IMG/VR virus record: IMGVR_UViG_3300031953_000045
Span: 1 to 41,388 of that record
DNA length: 41,388 nucleotides
Reading direction: 5' to 3' (one strand)
From: a virus
Lineage: Duplodnaviria > Caudoviricetes
Both the position numbers and the translations under genes were made by a program. This document shows, in pieces, positions 27,467-34,452 of the stretch. Each line of letters begins with the position of its first letter. Position 1 is the first letter of the stretch. Under the pieces are notes generated by a model, which saw only the letters and a list, made by a program, of their open reading frames with translations, was not told the DNA's origin and did no database searches.

Positions 27467-27508
27467 CAACTATTTGCACGTTCGGCTAAAAAAGCGGCCT
27501 GAATCGGG

Positions 27509-27904
27509 TCAGGTGGCCTTCGTGTGAATGCAGTCCTCCCACGGCGGAACGTCGCAGTCGCAGTTTGGCTTTGGGATCGCTGGCCTTGTGGTGTCTGACG
27601 GGCCGAATCCGTGGCTGGGCAATTCCTCGCAGGCGAACGACTCAAACAGGCGGCGGTTAACTTGCGTGATCTGCGTGCCCTCTACCCGCTCTGGCCAACC
27701 TGCGCGCGGCGGCCATGGAACACCGATGGCGCGCAGCTGCTTGGCTTTCCATGCGCCGGCCGGCGTCTTGAACTGGTTGATCCATGCGTGTGTGACGGTG
27801 AACAGCCCGGTCGCCAGCTCGGGTTGCGCTGGCGCCGTCTGTGATCGCAGGATGATTTCAGCGGCTTGCCTCAAGATGGAAAGCTCGTCGGGCGTAAATT
27901 GCAT
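27509..27904 (-). CDS. Hypothetical protein with TPAGAW...GVPWPPRAGW domain and C-terminal CDC..PWEDC
   Basis: Motif-rich ORF directly downstream of the large non-coding region. Confidence 0.65.
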   Translation of the reverse strand: MQFTPDELSILRQAAEIILRSQTAPAQPELATGLFTVTHAWINQFKTPAGAWKAKQLRAIGVPWPPRAGWPERVEGTQITQVNRRLFESFACEELPSHGFGPSDTTRPAIPKPNCDCDVPPWEDCIHTKAT

Positions 27905-28484
27905 GGGTTGCCTTGGTTGTGGCGCCGTCAGAACACCGTGAGTCAGTTCTGAGCTTCGCCTAGATACCGAATGAAAGAATGCAAGGGGAAAGAGCCAGGC
28001 TATTCCTTTGGTGGGTCATTAGGCTTTTGTGGACAAATACATGCCTAACCACTCCTGACAAGAAGTAGTTAGGCTATTCCCCCGGAGCCGCACTGAGTGT
28101 CCCGTGGATCGAACCGACTTCAAGCATCGTTCGACTGAGTGGCTTGCCGCTGTTGAAAGCGTCTGACCTGGTCCACTCCACACGGCGAATCACCCGCAAC
28201 AATGAAGCCACGGAACGCCACGCAAAACCCCCAGTGCCCTTGTCATCTTCTTTGGGCGTCTTTCGGCTAGGGCCAAGAACGTAGTAGCGTCGGCATCCTC
28301 GCTGCTGGCCCTTAGGCTTCCTGCGTGAACTCATACCGACTCAAAACCCGTTAGAAACCGACCTAGTCCGAAAAGCAAAAACCCCTTTGGCATCTGCTCT
28401 TCATGTTCGTACCATGATTCCCTTGCGGGGTGGAGCAGACACCAAAGGGGTCTGATAGTTGTCTCTTGGTACGAACAATTGACA
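27905..28484 (-). ncRNA. Putative ~580-nt structured RNA (candidate plasmid-state replicon or regulatory RNA)
   Basis: Largest gap in the genome; own strong promoter; many inverted repeats; G-U wobbles compatible only with the minus strand. Confidence 0.5.
28371..28451 (-). terminator. Attenuator-like 19-bp hairpin followed by a U-tract
   Basis: Arms 28433-28451 and 28381-28399 pair fully with two G-U pairs; followed by UUUUGCUUUU. Confidence 0.6.
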
Positions 28485-28489
28485 GCGCC

Positions 28490-28518
28490 AGTTTATCAGA
28501 AGCCTACGACCGTGACAA
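28490..28518 (-). promoter_or_regulatory. sigma70 promoter TTGTCA-17-TAAACT with extended -10 TG
   Basis: Near-consensus elements with ideal spacing, pointing into the non-coding region. Confidence 0.7.
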
Positions 28519-28714
28519 CCTTCATCACCAGATAGCGCACTTCTGGGTGCATGTCGTTCAGCCGCTGGGCCTCATCGGTAGCGGATAGCACATCATCATG
28601 CAACTGTGAAAACTTCATGCTCTTGCGCGGCTCAGTCTCGCGCATGACGCAGAACTTGCCCTTCCATTCGGTGCGCGGCACCTCGTCTATTTGCTTGCTG
28701 GTTTTCATATTCAT
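28496..28714 (-). CDS. Hypothetical 72-aa protein (H...SATDEAQRL motif)
   Basis: ATGA-coupled to the par partner gene. Confidence 0.65.
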   Translation of the reverse strand: MNMKTSKQIDEVPRTEWKGKFCVMRETEPRKSMKFSQLHDDVLSATDEAQRLNDMHPEVRYLVMKVVTVVGF

Positions 28715-28977
28715 CCCTTGGATTGTATTTTCTGGGGCATGCCCAGCTTCTCCCGAATCGCCTTGATACAAAAAGCATGCATCGAGTCGGGCGTAGTCTC
28801 GGCAATGCGCTTGAGGCTTGCCAGTTCGCGCTCAGTCAGCCGCAAACTGAATGCCGGCGCCCTGCGCTTATCATCAAGCACTGGCGCGGCTGGTGCTGTT
28901 TCTGCACCACTGGCGAACGCTGCCAACTTGGCCGGGTCAACCAGAACGCGGGAAGGCGTGACCTTGAACGCGCTCAT
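28711..28977 (-). CDS. Type Ib partition centromere-binding protein (RHH, ParG-like)
   Basis: 88 aa, coupled to parA; flexible N-terminus with AAFASGA, then FSLRLTERELASLKRIA...SMHAFCIKAIREKL RHH. Confidence 0.7.
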   Translation of the reverse strand: MSAFKVTPSRVLVDPAKLAAFASGAETAPAAPVLDDKRRAPAFSLRLTERELASLKRIAETTPDSMHAFCIKAIREKLGMPQKIQSKG

Positions 28978-29609
28978 GCCAGCAACTCCTGGCACAGCAA
29001 CTGGATTTCGGCCCGTGCGTCGCTGTTTTTCATTTCCACCACGCCGCGCCCAAGCAGCAGCGCATCGCGGTAAATCTTGCGCTCCCGGATGATGCAGCCC
29101 GACAGCGGCAAGTCCGGGAAGTCCGCCAGCAGCTCTTGCGCATCCTGCACCTCCCGGATGCGCTCGTTCGTTGGCGCCATGCAAAGCAGCGCCCGTGCCC
29201 GCATGGCTGGGTTCATGCCGCGCGACAGGCTCAGCAGCTCGTCAACCACCGGCAGCGTCTCCAGATCGGCTTGGCTGGCCTTGATCGGCACATAGACCAG
29301 ATCAGCCGCCACCATGCCCGTGCGCAGCTCCCGCGAATCCCTGCCGCCCGCGTCAATGATGACCCACTGATAACGGCTGGACAAGTCAATGGCCGTGCGG
29401 TAAATGTCGCCCAGCTTCTGCGCGCTGTGGACCTCTGGATAGCCGGCTTCGTTGCGCCGCGCAATGAACTTCGTGGCCGTGGCCTGCTTGTCGGCATCCA
29501 GCAGCATCACATCGAATCCTTCCAGCTTCAGGCAGACGGCCAGATTCGTTGCCGTGGTGCTCTTGCCGCTACCGCCCTTCTCGCCGCCTATCAGGATGAT
29601 CCTGCCCAT
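28974..29609 (-). CDS. parA: ParA-family Walker-type partition ATPase (short, type Ib)
   Basis: KGGSGKST deviant Walker A, LLDADKQ, IIDAGG, RERKIYRDA. Confidence 0.92.
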   Translation of the reverse strand: MGRIILIGGEKGGSGKSTTATNLAVCLKLEGFDVMLLDADKQATATKFIARRNEAGYPEVHSAQKLGDIYRTAIDLSSRYQWVIIDAGGRDSRELRTGMVAADLVYVPIKASQADLETLPVVDELLSLSRGMNPAMRARALLCMAPTNERIREVQDAQELLADFPDLPLSGCIIRERKIYRDALLLGRGVVEMKNSDARAEIQLLCQELLA

Positions 29610-29620
29610 GCTCCCCCCCC

Positions 29621-29675
29621 TGGTGTGATGTGATGTGATACGACATTGTGTCAAATCGAATCACGCGACACCATC
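29621..29675. promoter_or_regulatory. parS/operator-like pentamer array overlapping the par promoter
   Basis: TGGTG-TGATG-TGATG-TGATA facing degenerate inverted TCAAA-TCGAA-TCACG-CGACA-CCA; TGnCACAAT extended -10 on the minus strand. Confidence 0.55.
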
Positions 29676-29684
29676 GGGAAAGCC

Positions 29685-30071
29685 CTACTTTCGCTCAGGA
29701 CAAACCCCCTCCACCAGCGCACCTTTGCGGATGGCTTCGGCCACATTGACCGGCGTGCAAAGTTCCGCGTGCTGCATGCTGTCAGCCAGCACGGCGCACC
29801 GCTCTTGCTCGGCGTCCCGCTCGTCGCGCATGGCGTCCCGCGCTGCCCATGCTTCGGCCACATCGAGCCGCAGCTGCGCGCTTGTGTCTTGCAGTAGGCG
29901 GATGGTGAGGTCGTTAAGGGTGGATTCGTCAGCCCGGATGCGCGCGGCGAAGGCGTCGAGCTGGGCTGGGCTGAAACGAATACTTGCGACCGTCCAGCAG
30001 TAGCCGTCTTGCGATAGTTGGTCTCGGATGGTTGCGCCGTACTCGCGGGCGTGCTCAAGGGTGGCTTTCAC
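29685..30071 (-). CDS. Hypothetical protein (QLDAFAARI, EQERCA motifs)
   Basis: GTGA-coupled; typical phage accessory motifs. Confidence 0.6.
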   Translation of the reverse strand: MKATLEHAREYGATIRDQLSQDGYCWTVASIRFSPAQLDAFAARIRADESTLNDLTIRLLQDTSAQLRLDVAEAWAARDAMRDERDAEQERCAVLADSMQHAELCTPVNVAEAIRKGALVEGVCPERK

Positions 30072-30451
30072 AGCTTCACTCGCACATCAGGAATGATGAC
30101 TGATGGCTTGAAGACAACCACGTAATTGGCCGTGCCGACGGCCACAGGCTCAAGCTGCTCAATAAAGTACGTCACGTTGTCCGATAGGCCAAGAAAATGT
30201 TTCTTGTAAGTGCCGGGTCCAGTTTTGCAAGTGATGCTGACTTGTTTGCTGGTTTCGTTGTTGCCCTTGCTGCACAGGCCCTGGATGCTCAGCATGTAAT
30301 CGCCCGTCACGCCGTTGTAAAAGATGACGCGGCGGTTGACCTCGAAGTTGTCGGCAGCTTTGGATAGATTGTGGGATGCCACATCGGCATCCGTGCTACA
30401 GCCGGACAGTGCTCCGATGGCGAGTAATGCAGTAATAAGTTTGAATTTCAT
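30068..30451 (-). CDS. Conserved phage lipoprotein
   Basis: LSGC lipobox; DADVASHNLSKAADNFEVNRRVIFYNG...KKHFLGLSDNVTYF. Confidence 0.8.
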   Translation of the reverse strand: MKFKLITALLAIGALSGCSTDADVASHNLSKAADNFEVNRRVIFYNGVTGDYMLSIQGLCSKGNNETSKQVSITCKTGPGTYKKHFLGLSDNVTYFIEQLEPVAVGTANYVVVFKPSVIIPDVRVKL

Positions 30452-30467
30452 GGGTGCTTTCAGGCGA

Positions 30468-30490
30468 GAAAAGCCCGCACGCGGCGGACC
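30468..30490 (-). terminator. Putative terminator in the left operon
   Basis: GTCCGC...GCGGGC stem followed by TTTT on the minus strand. Confidence 0.45.
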
Positions 30491-30536
30491 TGAAGTTTTG
30501 ACGGCGAAAAATGAACCTGAGATTATTGGAGTTATC

Positions 30537-30692
30537 TTAGGGCGGTGTCATACCGGCGCACTTGTCGGCTAGCGTTTTGAAGTGTGCATTGACCGAGCGA
30601 AGCTCTGCCACCACTTCGGCGAGCAGGGCCAAAACATCGGCGTCCGTCTTGGGATTGACCATCGCCTTCGTGTCAAACTTCAGGTCATCCAC
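30537..30692 (-). CDS. Hypothetical 51-aa protein
   Basis: GTG start overlapping the upstream gene end. Confidence 0.45.
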   Translation of the reverse strand: MDDLKFDTKAMVNPKTDADVLALLAEVVAELRSVNAHFKTLADKCAGMTPP

Positions 30693-31434
30693 GGGGCACC
30701 GCCTGCAGCGCGTAGGTGCCGTCCTCGATGGTCCCGCTCCACTCGACCAGGAAACCATCGTCAAAGCGCACCGTCACGCCCTCGGGCACCTGGGCAGGCG
30801 TCTTACCCTCATCAGTAAGGGTGACATCTAGCAGCGCCTCTTTCAGACCAAGGTAGATGTACGGGAAACACAACTGCGGGGCCGTGCTGGCGTTCTTGGC
30901 GACCTTGGTCGCCATGTCAGCAGCGAGCTTGTGAATGCGAGGCTCGCCCCACTCGGGCACCTGGGCAGGCTGGGGCGCTGAATACAGCCAATACGTGCCA
31001 GCCGGGTGCTTGTTCCACGAAACGATGCGCGGCTCTTTCGCCCCCTCGTCAAATGCCACCGTCATGCTCGGCGCCTGCCCCGCTTGTGTCCCATCCGCGA
31101 TAGACAAGCCCGCTTGTGTCCCATATTTGGGCGGCTTTGATTCACAAGCGCGGTCCACTTGACGCTGGGCCTTTGCATACAGCAAGCCCGCCAGCGGCAT
31201 GGACATGGACGGGCAGGCGTCGGGCAGGTAGCCCTCGGCAACCCGGGCGGCCAGCAGGTAATCGGCCTGCATGGAGGCGTGCGCTGCATTCGGCTCAGCT
31301 TGACGCTGGGCGCGGTAGGCTGCGATGATGGCGCGCATCTGCTGCGCCGTGTACGCAGGCTCGCTCGGGTCGTGGTACATGCAGTCTGACGCTGTAGGCA
31401 GCGGCGGAAAATCAATCTGTTTTTCTTGAGTCAT
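30685..31434 (-). CDS. Mosaic hypothetical protein with internal repeats
   Basis: AGGA RBS; PPLP...YTAQQMRA motif; PAQVPE occurs twice. Confidence 0.65.
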   Translation of the reverse strand: MTQEKQIDFPPLPTASDCMYHDPSEPAYTAQQMRAIIAAYRAQRQAEPNAAHASMQADYLLAARVAEGYLPDACPSMSMPLAGLLYAKAQRQVDRACESKPPKYGTQAGLSIADGTQAGQAPSMTVAFDEGAKEPRIVSWNKHPAGTYWLYSAPQPAQVPEWGEPRIHKLAADMATKVAKNASTAPQLCFPYIYLGLKEALLDVTLTDEGKTPAQVPEGVTVRFDDGFLVEWSGTIEDGTYALQAVPRG

Positions 31435-31445
31435 GGGTTTTTCCT

Positions 31446-31473
31446 ATTTAACATACTGGATCAAGTCGCTTGT
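31446..31473 (-). other. psi/dif-like Xer recombination site: ACAAGCGACTT-GATCCA-GTATGTTAAAT
   Basis: XerD arm matches TTATGTTAAAT at 10/11; 6-bp spacer; lies within a 43-bp intergenic gap; XerC arm degenerate. Confidence 0.5.
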
Positions 31474-31477
31474 TGGG

Positions 31478-31735
31478 TTACGCTTTGGTGCCGCAAAACG
31501 GGCAGTAGCTGAAGAACATGCTCAGCGAAGTCGTTTTGAGCTTGGGAACGCCGCTTTTGAGGGGAACCATGGCGGATTGCTTCACATCCATAAAGCCGCG
31601 TACCGTCATAGCGTTTCCTGACATTGCGAAGCCGTAGCCTTGCAGTTCGGTGCCGTGGTCGGTTCCGGCTGGGAATTGCTCCTTCAGGCGTTCGGTCAGC
31701 TTGGCCTCAATGTCTTTTTGGCAATTGCAGTTCAT
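31478..31735 (-). CDS. Zinc-binding hypothetical protein (MNCNC...YCPFCG)
   Basis: Conserved Cys pattern; GGAG RBS. Confidence 0.75.
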   Translation of the reverse strand: MNCNCQKDIEAKLTERLKEQFPAGTDHGTELQGYGFAMSGNAMTVRGFMDVKQSAMVPLKSGVPKLKTTSLSMFFSYCPFCGTKA

Positions 31736-32091
31736 TTTGTAACTCCTTGATTTCGTTGATTTCTGAACATAACGCCTGTTCTGCGAAGGTCAGGCTGTGC
31801 CGACACAGGCGGGGCACGGGTAATCCATATGGGTTGCGCCGGTTTCGGGGTCGCCAGGGTCGGTATATCCGCGCCCTTGGCAGGTGCTGCACGGCCGCGC
31901 TGCCTGGGCGATTTCAGCGGCAGTGCGCCCACGCCAATGGACTCGGCCAGCACATACTGCCCGGCCCGCCAAAACACAGCAGCCAGCGCAGCCTGCGCCG
32001 TACCCCAAATGCTCATTTCGCGGCACAGCGCTTCAAATGCTGGATCGTCGTAGGGCGCGCCCATGCGGATGTTCTCGGGTTGTTTTGTCAT
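31732..32091 (-). CDS. Hypothetical protein
   Basis: ATGA-coupled; RMGAPYDDPAFE motif. Confidence 0.55.
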   Translation of the reverse strand: MTKQPENIRMGAPYDDPAFEALCREMSIWGTAQAALAAVFWRAGQYVLAESIGVGALPLKSPRQRGRAAPAKGADIPTLATPKPAQPIWITRAPPVSAQPDLRRTGVMFRNQRNQGVTK

Positions 32092-32582
32092 GCCATTGCT
32101 CCTGCTGTGATTACCTCGATGTCGTGCACCTTGCGCTTACCCGCCAAAATTTCCCGAATGCGGCGCTCCGTCTTGCGGTGACAGTCGATGATCGTGCGTG
32201 CGGGTAGCACCTCCAGCAACGCCGCGTAATCCTCCAGTAGCGACCGCATTGCGGTGATGCCCGGCCCATCCAGCCTGATCTGACCGCCTGCCATGGCGCG
32301 GCGACCAGCGAGGGCCAGGGCGGTGATGCCATCCATAATCAGGCCGCTTTCGTCAGCCACGATGCCATACAGCACCAAAGTCTCCATTAAATTAGTGCAG
32401 TCAGACAGTACCGCCCAATCATCACGCGTGGGGTTGTCGCCTTTTTCGATGGATGCCAGCCCGCCCATCATGCGAAGCAGCTGATGCCTGCGCTTTGGCT
32501 CGGGTAGTGGCTGCGTGGCGCTCGCCATCATCACATCAAGGAGGCCGTATGTGTAGATGTAGACCGGCTGTTTTCGCTTCAT
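32088..32582 (-). CDS. Conserved helical phage protein
   Basis: ATGA-coupled; DDWAVLSDCTNLMETL. Confidence 0.7.
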   Translation of the reverse strand: MKRKQPVYIYTYGLLDVMMASATQPLPEPKRRHQLLRMMGGLASIEKGDNPTRDDWAVLSDCTNLMETLVLYGIVADESGLIMDGITALALAGRRAMAGGQIRLDGPGITAMRSLLEDYAALLEVLPARTIIDCHRKTERRIREILAGKRKVHDIEVITAGAMA

Positions 32583-33364
32583 GCCGCACTCCCCACGCTC
32601 ATAGACCAGTCAGCGTCACCGATGCGCTGCATGGGTTTACTTCCGACCTCGTAGCGACCCAACCCCATCGCCCGACTGCTGTACATTGTCCGCGCCGTGT
32701 GAACAATCACGGCATCAGCCTTTGGCGCTGGCGGCGTGTACGCCTTGCGCTGCACGACCTGCACTTGCCTGCCTGTGCGCTGCACGACCTTCGTCGGCTT
32801 GACAGACACCCGGCGCGCTGCGTTTTTACGCTCGCTCGCTGCTTTGCGCAATACAACCTTCTCGGCTTCATGCGCCGCATTGCGCTCGATCAGATCATCG
32901 GCGCTGGCGAAAAATCGCACATCGGCGCCACGGCCACGGGTGGCGTAAATCCGTCCGGCTTTGATGTGCTCTGAGCAGCGTTTCATCCAAGTCTTGAGGG
33001 TGGCGCCGTGTGCGGTGCGTGGATCGAACCCCTCGTGCGTTGCGGCCTGCTCCAGCACATGCGCCCGGTCGGCAGCGGCTTTGCGCTCGGGGTACACGCC
33101 CTTGGCGACATTGACCAGGCGCGGCACGGTAGCGGCCATCCATGCATCGGACGCAGCTTTGGTGGCGTGAAATGTCACCGGATGGCCGGGCACTTTCGCG
33201 GAAAACAGCAGACGCTCAAACACCAGGCGCAAACAGGTCTTGCTGGCGTTGGATTGCGGAAAACCGGCAGCAAAGGCCAGCGGGTAGCTAAATCCGTTGG
33301 GTTTGGCGGCCTCGTCCATGATGAGCTGGCGCATGGCTATGCCTTTTTCTGAGTAGCGGGTCAT
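32579..33364 (-). CDS. Basic hypothetical protein, possibly tandem wHTH
   Basis: 261-aa ORF coupled at both ends. Confidence 0.6.
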   Translation of the reverse strand: MTRYSEKGIAMRQLIMDEAAKPNGFSYPLAFAAGFPQSNASKTCLRLVFERLLFSAKVPGHPVTFHATKAASDAWMAATVPRLVNVAKGVYPERKAAADRAHVLEQAATHEGFDPRTAHGATLKTWMKRCSEHIKAGRIYATRGRGADVRFFASADDLIERNAAHEAEKVVLRKAASERKNAARRVSVKPTKVVQRTGRQVQVVQRKAYTPPAPKADAVIVHTARTMYSSRAMGLGRYEVGSKPMQRIGDADWSMSVGSAA

Positions 33365-33885
33365 TTGATGGCCAATTTAAGGGTTTGAACAAGGCGGGCG
33401 CCGGGGACGGCTTCGCCCGCCTGCAGCGCGGCCTTGCGCTCTCGGCGGCATTCTTTGTGGTAGCCCTGTCGCCTGACTGGGCTGGTCCACATAGTTAGCG
33501 GGTCGCTATACGTACCGCAAAATGTGCACTTGATCCAATCTGGATTTCCACAAGCAGCCATTGCTCTCATTCGCGCATGTAAAACCATGTGATAGGCGCG
33601 AGTGCAAACTACAAGATTTGTTGGGCAATTGTTCAGACGGTTCTCATCTACATGATGAACAACCGCGCCCTTAGGGAGCTTCTTTCCCATTGCTTTTTCT
33701 GCAACGGCAATGTGCTCCTTCCCACTACCAAAGACCTTGTAGCCACTGCCATTAACGGCCGTTCCTCGCTCGGCCGTTAATAACCCCAAAGGGTCGCCTG
33801 TTCTTTTCCATCTTGCGTAATGCATGTCGCACCAGCCATGCGCTTCATGTCTCTTTGTGCAGCCTGAAATTGTGCAAATATTCAT
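33361..33885 (-). CDS. HNH homing endonuclease with captured Gp157 C-terminus
   Basis: CTISGC...GWCDMHY zinc finger; EHIAVAE...VVHHVDENRLNNCPTNLVV...H HNH; low GC. Confidence 0.85.
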   Translation of the reverse strand: MNICTISGCTKRHEAHGWCDMHYARWKRTGDPLGLLTAERGTAVNGSGYKVFGSGKEHIAVAEKAMGKKLPKGAVVHHVDENRLNNCPTNLVVCTRAYHMVLHARMRAMAACGNPDWIKCTFCGTYSDPLTMWTSPVRRQGYHKECRRERKAALQAGEAVPGARLVQTLKLAIK

Positions 33886-34391
33886 TTGATCTCCAATCTT
33901 GTGGAAAAGCTAAGGCGTGCGCCAGGAACGTCACCCCCGGCTTTGAGCGCCTCTATGATTTTCTTCTTGTCGGGCGCGGCCACGGGTGGCTTCGGCTCGG
34001 GTAAGTGCCAGTAGATTGGCGGCAGTGCGGCGGCATCGCTGATTTCGACCGAATGCGGGTTCTTGCGCACGCTGAATGTGAACATGGCGCTTTCGATCTT
34101 GTCGAGTCCAGCGCCGCGCATGTGCGTCAGCAGGCTTTCCCGCAGGGCTTGTGCCGACTTGGCGCGGCTGGCAATGCGTGCCTGCAGGCGCTCGATTTCA
34201 GCCATCATCGCCGGGGTTTCTGCCTCCAGGCTGCGGGCGACATACTCATACCCCTGGGCCTTGTCCTGCATGTCGTCAACAATGCCCGATGCCTCGATGG
34301 TGTCTGAGATCGTGGCGGCGTCAAAATCACCATCGGCCAGCGTGTCGAGCAAGGCGCGGTAGCTGGCGGTGAGTTGGTAAAGGCTGCTCAT
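33882..34391 (-). CDS. Siphovirus Gp157-family protein
   Basis: SLYQLT...FTFSVRKNPHSVEI...PDKKKIIEALKAG..VPGARL. Confidence 0.85.
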   Translation of the reverse strand: MSSLYQLTASYRALLDTLADGDFDAATISDTIEASGIVDDMQDKAQGYEYVARSLEAETPAMMAEIERLQARIASRAKSAQALRESLLTHMRGAGLDKIESAMFTFSVRKNPHSVEISDAAALPPIYWHLPEPKPPVAAPDKKKIIEALKAGGDVPGARLSFSTRLEIK

Positions 34392-34405
34392 TTCGTTCTT
34401 CCAAG

Positions 34406-34429
34406 AAAAAACCCGCGCTAGGCGGGTTT
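34406..34429 (-). terminator. Intrinsic terminator
   Basis: AAACCCGC-4-GCGGGTTT hairpin with T-run on the minus strand. Confidence 0.7.
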
Positions 34430-34452
34430 GGGGTTGCTGGGTTGGCGTCAGA

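Noticed and set aside
28074-28334. 86-aa ORF as a Rep protein or real gene
   Set aside because: No RBS or recognisable motif and it overlaps dense inverted repeats; treated as non-coding, though a leader peptide is not excluded
29613-29620. G8 tract in the parA RBS as a phase-variation switch
   Set aside because: A short homopolymer with no read-level evidence of length variation
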